This document shows positions 28,183 through 40,667 of a DNA stretch of 64,000 bases, piece after piece. The DNA comes from Octopus bimaculoides. Its lineage: Eukaryota. Position 1 is the stretch's first letter. Each line of letters begins with the position of its first letter. The notes beneath the pieces are model-generated. The model made no database searches and was not told the DNA's origin. It was given only the letters and a program-made list of their open reading frames with translations. A program made the position numbers and the translations under genes. The stretch lies in NCBI RefSeq assembly GCF_001194135.2, contig NC_068990.1, positions 68,686,239 to 68,750,238 of the forward strand, given 5' to 3'.

Positions 28183-28910
28183 TTAAACAAAATAATATAT
28201 TCCTCTATACACAATCATACAAAAAAACCACCTTTTTTGTATTTATTTTTACTCGCATATATNNNNNNNNNNNNNNNNNNNNNNNNNNNNNNNNNNNNNN
28301 NNNNNNNNNNNNNNNNNNNNNNNNNNNNNNNNNNNNNNNNNNNNNNNNNNNNNNNNNNNNNNNNNNNNNNNNNNNNNNNNNNNNNNNNNNNNNNNNNNNN
28401 NNNNNNNNNNNNNNNNNNNNNNNNNNNNNNNNNNNNNNNNNNNNNNNNNNNNNNNNNNNNNNNNNNNNNNNNNNNNNNNNNNNNNNNNNNNNNNNNNNNN
28501 NNNNNNNNNNNNNNNNNNNNNNNNNNNNNNNNNNNNNNNNNNNNNNNNNNNNNNNNNNNNNNNNNNNNNNNNNNNNNNNNNNNNNNNNNNNNNNNNNNNN
28601 NNNNNNNNNNNNNNNNNNNNNNNNNNNNNNNNNNNNNNNNNNNNNNNNNNNNNNNNNNNNNNNNNNNNNNNNNNNNNNNNNNNNNNNNNNNNNNNNNNNN
28701 NNNNNNNNNNNNNNNNNNNNNNNNNNNNNNNNNNNNNNNNNNNNNNNNNNNNNNNNNNNNNNNNNNNNNNNNNNNNNNNNNNNNNNNNNNNNNNNNNNNN
28801 NNNNNNNNNNNNNNNNNNNNNNNNNNNNNNNNNNNNNNNNNNNNNNNNNNNNNNNNNNNNNNNNNNNNNNNNNNNNNNNNNNNNNNNNNNNNNNNNNNNN
28901 NNTATGATAA

Positions 28911-29140
28911 TCGTTTCTACTATAGGAACAAGTCCTGAAATTTTGGGACGAAGAAGCTAGTCGATTACATCGACCTCAGTTCTCGACTGGTACTGATTCC
29001 TTCGATCCGGAAAGTATAAATGGCGGAAAGTATAAATGGCGGAAAGTATAGATCCCGACCTCGGCGGAATTTGAATTTGAATTCAGAACGTGAAGATGGG
29101 TGAAATTCCTACCAGCAATGTGTCCGGCGTGCTAACGATA
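28911..29140 (-). mobile_element. SINE family A copy with an internal 16-bp tandem triplication
   Basis: Family A core, with CGGAAAGTATAAATGG repeated about 2.6 times at about 29008-29050. Confidence 0.85.
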
Positions 29141-29158
29141 GTGAATTCTCGAATAATG

Positions 29159-29221
<63 letters not shown>

Positions 29222-29223
<2 letters not shown>

Positions 29224-29772
29224 CTCCTCATCTACCTCAATCGACATAAATGTATCTGTCAAGACCTACCAAAAACTGAGGAAGTATAAATTTCTTGAAA
29301 TAGAAATTGGCAAAATGTGGAACCTCAAGATTAAAACAATACCAGCTATTATAGGTGCCCTGGGGATGATAGCGAAAGGTTCTGATTGTTACCTATCTGA
29401 GATGCCAAGAAAAACAAAAATGGAAGAAATTTTTTAAAATAAATAAGAACTGCTTATATCCTATGAAAATATTCTTTATGTAATCCCAAAACATTTTAAT
29501 TTGTAAACATTATCAAAAGTACTTGTAAATGTACATAATAGTAAATATCTTTTACCGTCATCTGAACATCACACTATCATGTTATAATCAAATTACTTTT
29601 ATAACAAACTTCTAATTTTCTTATGCTTTGAGAAACATTCTCTAGAACAATACTCTGTGCGAAACCAAAAATATGGCACCCAAGTTATAACACCAGCTTT
29701 AACTTCTAACTTGTCTCTGGATGAGACCTGGAGTCGACCTGTAGAAAAAGAAAGCAACAGCCAAACATGATA
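29222..29772 (+). mobile_element. R4/Dong-type (RLE) non-LTR retrotransposon 3' fragment
   Basis: After (AAT)n the translation is IDINVSVKTYQKLRKYKFLEIEIGKMWNLKIKTIPAIIGALG, the RLE C-terminal K..KY..L..EI..MW..K....P.IIGALG pattern. A 3' UTR follows and ends at a triplet array. Confidence 0.85.
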
Positions 29773-29799
29773 TTCTTCTTCTTCTTCTTCTTCTTCTTC

Positions 29800-29832
<33 letters not shown>

Positions 29833-29841
29833 ATAATAATC

Positions 29842-29872
<31 letters not shown>

Positions 29873-30557
29873 TAATAGTAATAATTGAAATGAAAATAAT
29901 TTTCCCCATTAAGAAACATCTGTAAACTAGTAGTACAGAAGTAGGTTTTTCTTCCTTCTTTTTTTTCACAATTTTGCTACGTTGAAGCCAATGTAAGTAG
30001 TTTCAATTTTTATTTAATCAAAATTAATCGTTAAAAGATTGCGATTAATATTGAAATTAGTAGCTCAGGGCATAATTATTTTATAAGAATTAATAGTTTG
30101 TTTACTCCAAGTTTGTTTATCGTATCATGCTGTCTTTCTTAGATATGAGTCTAGTTAGCTGATAAATTCTAAATATTTCTAGAAGAGACTAGACATAATT
30201 AATTAAATAAATGTAAATTTTCTTCACTTTTCCATGTTTCAGGTTTGATACCACAGCAAAGGACTAATGAAAAGTAAGAAGACGGTGAAAGATCATGTAC
30301 GAACTCATAGCAAAGCGCTAGCTTAAAACAAATAGGAACAAATATGCGAGACGCGAATGTCTCAGCACCAAATATCAGAAGTTGAAAAAAGAACAAAAAC
30401 ATGTTTATTGGAGCAACTAAGGGAGCAATGACATGATTGTTCGTTCTGCTGGAAGAAATAGCCAAATATTCCTGAAATTTCACCGTCTCATAAAAGGGAG
30501 AGAAAACAATAAACAGTCCTGAGTCTAGTATAACTGAAACAAAGGTCGGATATGTGT

Positions 30558-30625
30558 ACATCGATCCTCGTTTATCACGGGTGTTTAGTTCCTTAAAATG
30601 AAACGTGTTATATGAAGCAGTGATA
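30558..30625 (+). mobile_element. Possible pogo/Tigger-like terminal fragment
   Basis: TACATCGATCCTCGTTTATCACGGGTGTTTAGTTCC resembles Tigger-type termini. No partner TIR was identified. Confidence 0.35.
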
Positions 30626-31229
30626 ACTGAATAATAGAAAATATGGAAAAGTTAAGTTTCAATCCGAGACCCGAAATTGTCCTGAGCATTGCGGATGGCT
30701 ACTAGGCTGCGCTTTTGCGGTACGCAAAGAACGAATCTTTAACTGGTCACCGACCCCTGTCATCACAGATCAAATTGTGATAAGCGTAACATGGTTCATA
30801 ATTAGCATATCGTGTTATCTTGGATTAGAGATGAATGAATTATAGTGTTCTGTGCGTTTTTATAACTATTCTTCCGCTAAACATTTTGTATATGGTTTTT
30901 GAAATTTGAATAGATTTTACTTTTTCAAGCATTTGACGATGAAGAGCCAAGCAGAGGGAAAAAGAACCAATTTATATGACAATCCAATATACGAGCTCGA
31001 AATATGATGCGTAAATATATAGCTTGAAGAGGGCTGCAATGATTCAGAAGCTAGAAGACCTATGTTTGTCTTCAGAAGACGACTGGGGACATGACAGAGT
31101 GCCTCCCAACATTACTGGAGTAATTTATAAGGAAATGTTAAACAAATAAAAATGGTAAAAATATACCATTAGAAAACTGTGAAAAGTGAAAAGGATCTCA
31201 TCCTCTAAGGTACATTAGAACTGTTCTGA

Positions 31230-31450
31230 AAAAATCATATATCCAGATTTTGTATACTTATTGTTGAAACTTATCCAGTCACAACAGTACCACAGAGAAG
31301 AAGGTTGGTATCGCTTCATATCTGAAAATCTAAATATCAAAGAAATATTATGGAATATGCACACATGACCTGTCCTTGCTTTTATAGAAATGAAGGAAGC
31401 AGTGAAGCGTTATGCAAATCGAAAAATTGGAGAGCTGCAAAACAAATAGT
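31230..31450 (+). mobile_element. Possible hAT transposase C-terminal (dimerisation domain) remnant
   Basis: Frameshifted translation gives IYPDFVYLLLKL / YPVTT / KSKYQRNIM / EMKEAVKRYANRKIGEL*, loosely matching YP....LL...PVTT..ERSFS....KT.LRN.M...E.I..FA..K.R.L. Confidence 0.4.
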
Positions 31451-31562
31451 CCACATACGAATTTAAGAAGATAAACAATGCTCCTAGAAAATGGCCATAT
31501 TCTTCGAAATATCACTATAAGATATAAGGAATTACTTTGATCGAGTGCTTAAAGTTGACGAG

Positions 31563-31618
<56 letters not shown>

Positions 31619-32109
31619 TCTTATTGGTTTTCTTCCTCCTACTTCCCATCCTTCTTTTCTTGAGCATAACGCTACACTCCTTAACTGTTTTGTTTGAAAA
31701 GTGGCTGAGAGAACGAGAGAGAGCAAAAAAGTGGGAGAGAGAGAGAGAGAAAAAGAAAGGGAGACAGAGAAAGAGAGAGAGAGCAATCGGAGATGAAATG
31801 CAGTGGCTGCACGTCAGCGCGCGCATGTTTCTATACATCTGTCTGGTTTGCGTTCGCGTGACACTTGCTCTGTACATTCATGTTTTGTCCTTAGGTCTGC
31901 CATTCTATGGCTTTGGTCAATAATGGTTGTTGCTGGTGGGAAGGTCTCTAAGGGTCTTGCTGCTCCTCCCGGAATCGCTGCTGTTGTTGTCGCTGATGTT
32001 CTTGTCGCTGTTGCTCATATGCTGCTGTTTCCACTGTTGTTGTTTCTGATGTTACAGTTCTTTCCTCTCTTAGCATGAAATAGGTCACATATTCTCTTTT
32101 ACTAATAAT

Positions 32110-32330
32110 ATTGGTTTCAAATTTTGGCACAAGGCCAGCAATTTTGAGTAAGAGGATAAGTCGATTACATTAATTCCAGTACTAAACTGATACGTATTTT
32201 ATCGAGCCCGAAAGGATGAAAGGCAAAACTAAAGTCGATTTCGGCGGAATTAGAATTCAGAACGTAGACAGACGAAATGCTGCTAAGCATTTTGCCTGGA
32301 TTCTAACGATTCTGTCAGCTCACCGCCTTA
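32110..32330 (-). mobile_element. SINE family A, near full length
   Basis: The minus strand starts AAGGCGGTGAGCTGACAGAATCGTTAG (A-box-like), passes GAATTCTAATTCCGCCGA (B-box-like) and the family core, and ends TTGTGCCAAAATTTGAAACC. Confidence 0.9.
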
Positions 32331-33279
32331 CTATAAGATAATATTTAAAAGACATATAAGTAGTTCTTGCAGCCATAAATGTAGCAAATTGTACCAAAAT
32401 TGGGTATAGCGCAAATTTACATGCCACCTTTGAAGTAGTAAGTGTTAGGGATCCTAGCCTTATCTCTGGTAGCTCGAGCGTTATCCCCAAGCATTTTGTC
32501 TTAAAGATAGATTTGCTACTGGCCACTTCATCATACTCCCGCGGCACATTCAGCTATGTGATCATGCATGTTCACCGCTGAGAACGGAGTGAATTTATGT
32601 TGCCCATTTGATTGGGAAATTTATTTCTTTGTCTCTTTACGTTGAATAATAGGAACTGCAGCGCATTGTAATGTTTACCCCCAAATGTTATCTATCAAGG
32701 CAATTTTCGCCCAACGTTTTCCTACAGTGCTACTTGGAGATATATTTGCAAATAATATTTCTCTTCGTCTTTTCTATAAAGTGTCTTAAACCTGATTCAG
32801 TGTGACCCACGTTCTGGTGTTCAGTTTATGATGTTCTTTGTGTTTGTAATGTTCTTGACGTCATTATCTCTGCAGCCTTTCCTACATATCCAGCACAAGT
32901 GTCGCTTATAGTGATGGTGGTCGGGTTGATAGGGATAATACCGTCACGGCTCTCACAGTAATGAAAGAGAGAAAATCACACGCTTTCTCCGCAACTCCAT
33001 TTTGTTGCTTCAATGAAGTGAGAGATTCAGAGATTGTCTATGTTTTATTTTATTTTTTGTTGTTGTTCAACTCTCTTCCTGGTTAGGAGATGCTGCATGG
33101 AAGTAAATATATTTCTTAAAGAGAGTGAAGAAAAGTGAAGAAAAACAGGAACATAACCCAGTAGGGTCACAAGAGCAATCACACCACCGGTCAGGTTTAG
33201 TCCAAGACATTACATGTAGAAGATAAATACTCTAATTTATTCGTGATTCACTTTGAATAATTCTATTATTCATTCAAAA

Positions 33280-33337
<58 letters not shown>

Positions 33338-33338
<1 letters not shown>

Positions 33339-33800
33339 AGTCTTCGAGAATGAGAATCGCAAAATCCAGTGCGATCACCTGACCAGACATCGGAAACCGG
33401 ATATTGTTGCGGTGAATAAAAAGGAAACATGCATGATAATCGACAAAATATGCCGCGGTAACAACGGGATCAATGTGAAAGATGACGGAAAGATAAACAA
33501 CTATGACAATTTAAAGTAGGAAATACGAAAGCTGTGGTCACTGAGGAGAGTAGACGTGATACCAAGAGTAACTGACGCACTTGGAAGTATCAGCACTCAA
33601 CGATCAGCATGGCTAAGCAAAAAGATTGGTGCAAGTGTGAAGGTAGAACACCTACGAAAATCAGCATTGCTTGGAACTGCAAAAATTCATCGCAGGGTTC
33701 TTAAAGCATGACCAGTAAACAAGTCCCACCTTAGTCTGCTGGTTAAGGATAGCTAACACCGTGCATCATACCCAGCAAATTAAGCTGTGAGTTTAATCAC
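33338..33800 (+). mobile_element. R4/Dong-type RLE domain fragment with 3' UTR
   Basis: IQCDHLTRHRKPDIVAVNKKETCMIIDK...KINNYDNLK*EIRKLWSLRRVDVIP...ALG...LRKSALLGTAKIHRRVL (PD..D..K nuclease motif). It lies between (GAT)n and (AAT)n. Confidence 0.9.
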
Positions 33801-33818
33801 ATAATGATAATAATGATG

Positions 33819-33886
<68 letters not shown>

Positions 33887-33888
<2 letters not shown>

Positions 33889-34527
33889 TAACAAGTAACT
33901 GTAGAATATATGGAGATGGACAAGAAACAATAAATCATATTATCTCTGGCTGCCCAGTCCTGGCTAAGAAGGAATATATTCACAGACACGACAGAGCTGG
34001 GACCTGTATACACTGGAAGCTATGCCAACACTATGGAATAACAANNNNNNNNNNNNNNNNNNNNNNNNNNNNNNNNNNNNNNNNNNNNNNNNNNNNNNNN
34101 NNNNNNNNNNNNNNNNNNNNNNNNNNNNNNNNNNNNNNNNNNNNNNNNNNNNNNNNNNNNNNNNNNNNNNNNNNNNNNNNNNNNNNNNNNNNNNNNNNNN
34201 NNNNNNNNNNNNNNNNNNNNNNNNNNNNNNNNNNNNNNNNNNNNNNNNNNNNNNNNNNNNNNNNNNNNNNNNNNNNNNNNNNNNGTAGGTGCCTTAGGTA
34301 TAATAAAAAAATATTGAGACAAATACATAACAAAAATACCAGGACTTACAAATATATATAACATACAGAAAATTGCACTACTGGGTACTGCACACATTCT
34401 ACGCAAAACACTTTCAATACAGTAAACATAAGAGCACCACAGCAAACCACAGCACATACCCAAGGCGCACAGAGCTGCGCTCGGTAGTGAAGTGAAAGCA
34501 CGTTATAAAAATAAAACTACTGAACAA
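33887..34527 (+). mobile_element. R4/Dong-type element: CCHC knuckle, RHD motif and C-terminus (interrupted by N gap 34045-34284)
   Basis: CRIYGDGQETINHIISGCPVLAKKEYIHRHD...HWKLC, then VGALGII...IQKIALLGTAHILRKTLSIQ*. The 3' UTR ends in (AAT)n. Confidence 0.9.
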
Positions 34528-34530
34528 TAA

Positions 34531-34573
<43 letters not shown>

Positions 34574-34574
<1 letters not shown>

Positions 34575-34860
34575 TCCTGAGCCCGTCGTTGAAGGTAAAA
34601 ATGTCACTATCCTCTGGGATTTTCCAGTCAACACCGACCGACAGAACGATTCAGGGTAATCGACCAGACGTAGTCATTAAAGACTAAGAAAATACTTCTA
34701 GACTAATGGATGTAAGTGTTCCCACTGATAAAAATATATCTGTAAAGGAATTTGACAAATTAAGTACATATAAGGACCTGCAAATTGAAATACGAAAGAT
34801 GGGGCATCTTAAAATAAGAACTGTTCCTGTTATTGTGGGTGCCCTTGGTATGATAAGAAT
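34574..34860 (+). mobile_element. R4/Dong-type RLE domain fragment
   Basis: PEPVVEGKNVTILWDFPVNTD..IQGNRPDVVIKD...LMDVSVPTDKNISVKEFDKLSTYKDLQIEIRKMGHLKIRTVPVIVGALG. Confidence 0.9.
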
Positions 34861-34885
34861 TGTGTGGGGAGTGGGCAAATTTCCT

Positions 34886-34957
34886 CAACTGGAACTTATT
34901 TTATCGACGCCGAGAGCCAAAGTCGACTTCGGCTGCATTTGAAATCAGAATGTAAAG
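34886..34957 (-). mobile_element. SINE family A fragment
   Basis: CAACTGGAACTTATTTTATCGAC...AAAGTCGACTTCGGC..ATTTGAAATCAGAA. Confidence 0.7.
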
Positions 34958-35030
34958 TTGGGAAAATGGCGCTAATCGTTTTATTCGGCATCGTGACGAT
35001 CTTGCCAGCTCGCCGCCTTATAAAATAAAT

Positions 35031-35234
35031 ATTAGTTTCAAATTTGGGGTCAAAACCAGCAATTTCAGGGTACCGGCTAGTCGATGACATGGACACCAGT
35101 GATCATCTGGTACTTATTGACCCCGAAAGAATGAAAGACAAAGTTGACCCCAGCGGAATTTGAACTCAGGCTATAAAGATAGACGTAATGCCACTAAGTA
35201 TTTTGTCCGGCGCTGTAACGATTCTGCCAGCTCA
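35031..35234 (-). mobile_element. SINE family A copy
   Basis: Family core CTGGTACTTATTGACCCCGAAAGAATGAAAGACAAAGTTGACC...GGAATTTGAACTCAG...AACGATTCTGCCAGCTCA. Confidence 0.85.
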
Positions 35235-35248
35235 TTACATTGATAATG

Positions 35249-35325
<77 letters not shown>

Positions 35326-36644
35326 AATCGTAAAAAAGGAGAAAATTGAAAAAAACAATAAAAGCTAGGTAATATGTTCATAGCATGTTTTAATTATATT
35401 CGGTAATGTTCGAGATAGTTACTGAATTATATTCTCATGTCGATTGTGTGTGTGCGTGTTTGTGTGCGCGTGTGTGTGTGTGCGTGTTTGTGTGCGCGTG
35501 TGTGTGTGTGCGTGTTTGTGTGCGCGTGTGTGTTTGTGGTGGAGGTGTATGTGCATATGCACGCGAGCGCACGTGAGTATGCATGTGTGCGAGTGTATGT
35601 ATGTGTGTGCGTCTGCGCACTTTTGTTTCGCTTTGAATACAAAAATGTATTTAACACAATATGCAGTGTAAATAATCATTAACTACCGATTAGTATGTAA
35701 TTAAATGTTTATGTTTTCACTGATTAGCTTTTTCTTCATTTTCCATCGACAGACGACATTAATCACATGACCAACAGGATGCAACTTCTACACTGATGGT
35801 CCATTAAACCCGTTTACAGAGATAGATAAATAGAGAGGGGGGACGAAAGAAGATGCGTGAATATGATGAAGATGGAGAAGTGAGTGAAAGAAGGGTGATA
35901 AGAAGAGTGACAAAAGTAGAGAAAGAAAGAGGATGAGAAATGAGGAGAGATTTTGAACAAATGAACATAAAGAATAGTATATATCGAAAAAATGGTGAAG
36001 AAAAAGAGGTAAGGATGAGATGAAGAAATAGACGAGAGATTGGGAAATGAAGAGACTGATATAAAAATAGAGAAAGAGCAGTTCAGTGAGCTGAAGGAGG
36101 GGAAAATGAGAAAGAGATGGCGAGTTTGTTGAGTCAGCTATAAGAGATGATAGGGATATTGATAAATTGAGACAGAGAGATATGGATAGAATTAATGCAC
36201 TCTGAAGAAGAGAGTGTAGGTAGAAACTTACTCGTGAGTTTCAAGGGAATGAAATTTGGAAGACGTAAGAATACAAAGATATTCAGAATGCATAAGAGAT
36301 TGGGTTCGTGAGAGATTGAGAAGTAGCAAAAAGATAGCGGATGGTAGGATCACAGATAAAAGTAGAAGAATGATATGTTGAGAAGCCCTATGTAAAAGGA
36401 TAATCAGATCAAGATAAAAACATGTAATACGAGCTGCGATTCTGGGAAAAAAAGGTCTAGTAAAGTGTGATGGCATGAGAGATGACATGTAATCAATTAT
36501 AAGGGAGCCCAACATCGGTCTCCAGTGATTTTTGAAGCAGAGTGAGTTATAGAATAGCTTTCTGTCGTAAATCTATACAGTATACAATACAAAAGGGAAA
36601 TTGTGGCTAAATTACGTTCAATATGTCCGATATAATAAAATTAA

Positions 36645-36856
36645 TGTTTCAAAATTTGGCACAAGGCCAGCAATTTCTAGGGTGGGAAGAAGTCGATTTT
36701 ATTGACCACAGTGTTCAACTGGTACTTATTTTATCAACCCCGAAATGATGAAAAGCGAAGTCGACCTCTACGGAATTTGAACTCAGAGCACAAAGGCAGA
36801 TAAAATGCCCTTCAGCATTTTGTCTGGTGTGCTATCGATTCTACCAGCACACCGCT

Positions 36857-36891
<35 letters not shown>

Positions 36892-37030
36892 CCTTTCTAC
36901 TATAGGCACAAGGCCTGAGATTTCGGAAGAAGGGACTAGTCGATTACATCGTCCCCTGTGCTCGACTGATACTTATTTCAATCGGTCCCGAAAGGAGTTT
37001 GAACTCAGAGCGAAAGAACGGACGAAAAGC
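36645..37030 (-). mobile_element. Two tandem SINE family A copies (36645-36858 and 36891-37030) separated by (AAT)n
   Basis: Both contain GCACAAGGCC, GTCGATT, TACTTATTT, CCCGAAA and TTTGAACTCAGAG. Confidence 0.85.
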
Positions 37031-37127
37031 TGCTGCTGCTGCTGCTGCTGCTAAGAAGAAAAAGAAGAAGAAGAAGAAGAAGAAGAAAAAGAAGAAGAAG
37101 AAGAAGAAGAAGAAGAAGAAGAAGAAG

Positions 37128-37162
<35 letters not shown>
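37030..37162. repeat. Compound triplet microsatellite (GCT)n-(AAG)n-(AAC)n
   Basis: Read directly. Confidence 0.95.
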
Positions 37163-38704
37163 ATATACACGCGTGCGCATATGGAAAAACATAAATATAT
37201 GTATGTATGTATGTATATATGTATGTATGTATGTATGTATGCGTAATATTTAACATTTAATATTTCCAGTAGTTAATATTGTGTGTTTCAAATGTTTCAG
37301 ATCTTAATAATGTTTTTCCATTTCATGGATCATTTAACTTTCTACGTCTAGTAACTACATCAATTCTGAACACCAAAGGTCCATGTGTAGAGCCAAAATG
37401 TATTCTACATTAGAGGATTGATTACATGGTTTGGAATCGTTTTGTTCAAACGCAGGTTCTGAATCTCATACTAAAAAAGACACTCCTTCACTCACTAACT
37501 GACCACAACCACAAGTCCAGCAACAAATTTTGATTTTTGTGTCAGTTTTCACGCCACTTCAACTTTAAATGTTCCACTAACATAGTATTATATTACGTAA
37601 GCTCCATCTTCCTCTGAAAACTGTGTCTTGGGCTCTCATCTTCTTGATAATCTCGTAAAGGCGTCGTCCATAACACACAGTGTGTCTTGAGAGATTTTAG
37701 ATCTGGAAGATCTCAGCTCAGGAGATTTCTTCCAGAAGAGAGTAAAACAAGTAGAAAAAAATGAACAAATGGAGAAGCACTTTATTTGTCGATTGCATAA
37801 GAACTCTTATCAAAGAGAACCAAAATGATTAACACAAAGTAATCCAATGAACGTTGGAACAACTCAGATGATTGACTATCTTGCCCAATTTAGTGATGAG
37901 ATTGTATATCTTGTTCGCATCATTACCCCCGATATCTTACCCTTGTATCTCGAGCTCAATGCTTCAATCACAATACTTCGTCCACAAAATAGCAACCATT
38001 TAACATTGTTATCATACGAACGTGCACCTCAGAAACGTCGAGGGAGCTTCAATGTAATTGCTCAATGAGCTAGAAATAGTAATCAAATCTCTCCTAAATC
38101 ACAACCTACATACTTAAAACAGTAAGGACACATTTAACAATGTAGCTGTAGATATACAACAAGCTGACAAGTTCTAACGACGAACCAAATGTCAAGTCCA
38201 TCAGGTCTGACTCCAGTTCTTCGATGACGGTGACGACGAAGATGACGGCGGCGTTTTCCCAACAAATATTAGACCACAGACGTTAAAGCATCGATTTCCC
38301 CAATTCAGGAATGCTTGTGAATATTCAGATTAAATAAAATCGTCATTGATAATTTAAATATGTAATGACACTCAACAAGAAATATGCTGTTCTAATCATT
38401 AGTTTATTGACTAGCAAAGTATAACAGTGATTAAATATGTTTAGTAGCAATATAGCTTGCTAATTTCTTAACAATTCATTATCAGATATAATTTGTTAGT
38501 TACAGACAGCTGCAGTAAATGAATAGCTGTGGATCCAAATTAATATATAACCATACTAAATATCAAATAAACAAGAAATCTCATTTTTAATTAACACAAA
38601 CATGCAAACAGAGAAAGAAACAGAAAATGATAACGGCTTATTACATTGTCACGCGGTCAGATATTTTACTGGGAGGAAGCTGTTCATTATATCAATTCTA
38701 AGAC

Positions 38705-38833
38705 TTAAAAAGTAATTATTTTTATCGATTGTAAATATACGAAAGCAAAGACCACTAAGGTAGGATTTGAAATCCCAAATTAAAGAACGTAAATAAAGCA
38801 AGGCATTTCGTCTGTAGCATTAACAATTCTGCC
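38705..38833 (-). mobile_element. Highly degenerate SINE family A copy
   Basis: TTATTTTTATCGAT...GAAAGCAAAG...GGATTTGAAATC...GGCATTTCGTCTG..GCATTAACAATTCTGCC. Confidence 0.5.
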
Positions 38834-39029
38834 AAATTCACTGCGTTTAGATAGAATGGACTACTTAACCTTTGCTCACAAAGTGAGTGTGAGCTGATAG
38901 CTTATTCCACGCTTTCGCTAATTTTTTTAGCTGCCTGTATAATCACAAACAGATACAAGCACCTCTTAGCTATCCCACACTTCGCCTAGCAGAATATCAT
39001 AGATGTAACATCTGGTGGAAGAGAGAGGA

Positions 39030-39185
39030 TGGGTTGCAGTACTCAGTTGGTGCTCATTTTCAGCTGAGTAGATTAAAGCAACACAAAATAGTGTTCCTTA
39101 TTATTTACGAACACAACGCACTGCCCGATTCAAGAATCGAACCAACGAACTTATGCCCGCGAGGCCAATAACTATAACACGCACC
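39030..39185 (-). mobile_element. tRNA-derived SINE, degenerate
   Basis: On the minus strand GGTTCGATTCTTG is a B box. The body is similar to 50965-51130 (TACTC...CAGCTGAAAATGAG). Confidence 0.55.
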
Positions 39186-39991
39186 TTCAGGTCTCAAATA
39201 AAAAAAATAATATAACACATAATATGATGGATTATAACGTGTAAGTACGTGTGTAGATGTCTATGTAACATGGCAGAGCCTATGACCTGCGATGTTTGTT
39301 TAAGACAAATAAGATATATCTGGTTTATGCTTACTTAAAACTTAGAACAAATTTCTATAGGTGAAATGTCAGCAGACAGAAGTTCTGGAGATTTTAGTTC
39401 GGGAGACGAGAGTAGAAACGAACGATGCGATTAACGTGATGTTTGGTAGATTGCAGGGGAGACGATGAGAGATGAAATATGTACATGTGGTGGACTTCTT
39501 TCTATGTAGTACGCGATATGTAAGTCGAGAAGACCAAGACGTCCAGTGACAGCCGTAGAAGAGAGTGTAGGCACAAACAGCAGGTCTGTAGACTGCTGTT
39601 TGTAACACGTGTGGCATGAATCATTACACATGAACCGCATGGAAAATTGTGTGATGCGGTCTTGAGAAAGTATTTAATAAAACCACAAGTAATTAGAGAT
39701 GTATTCCAATGTGATACATGTCTTTCAGATTTATAGGTCAATGTATGTATGCATGTATGTATGTATATATATAGCGAGAGAGAGAGGGGGGGAGAAGGAG
39801 AGAGGGGGAGAGAGAGAGAGAGACGGACAGACAGACAGACCAATTTAGTGATGAGATTTTATATCTTGTTCACATCATTACCCCCGATATCTTACCCTTG
39901 TATCTCGTGCTCAATGCTTAGACAGACAGACAGACAGACAGACAGACTGACAGACAGACAGACAGACATGCAGGCAGACAGACAGACAGAC

Positions 39992-40031
<40 letters not shown>

Positions 40032-40056
40032 GAATGGATAGATGGATGGATGGATG

Positions 40057-40088
<32 letters not shown>

Positions 40089-40091
40089 TAC

Positions 40092-40148
<57 letters not shown>

Positions 40149-40592
40149 CACACACATACACAGATGGATCGATAAATAGAGAGAGAAAGAGAGAGAGAGA
40201 GTCAGAGAGAGAGAGAGAGGTAAAATAAAAGCCCACAAGTAAATGTAAGATTAAATGTTAAGAAGGAGACAAATATATGAAATTTGACGAGTAAAACAAA
40301 TGGAGGAAAAGGTTTTGGAAACATGAAACGACAAAATAAGAATAAAAGAGTACATAAAATGAATACAGATATACCAAATGGAAATTAATAAAAGTGAGTT
40401 TATCATGTCGGATTATACTCTATATAAAGAAAAGCAGAAGAATTAAGATGGCGGAAGGAAAAAAATAAGAACGATGCTAATTTTATGACGTTTATTACAT
40501 TGCTGACTTGGTGTAAAAAAGCAGTTGGAAAGTGTAATAGTAAGAAGGAACGGGAGATACAAGTGGGTTCCAGTGATTGAGAGTAGTAGTAG

Positions 40593-40667
<75 letters not shown>

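Noticed and set aside
37702-37736. 13-bp hairpin with a 2-nt bulge (TCTGGAAGATCTC...GAGATTTCTTCCAGA)
   Set aside because: Too short for a pre-miRNA and has no other context.
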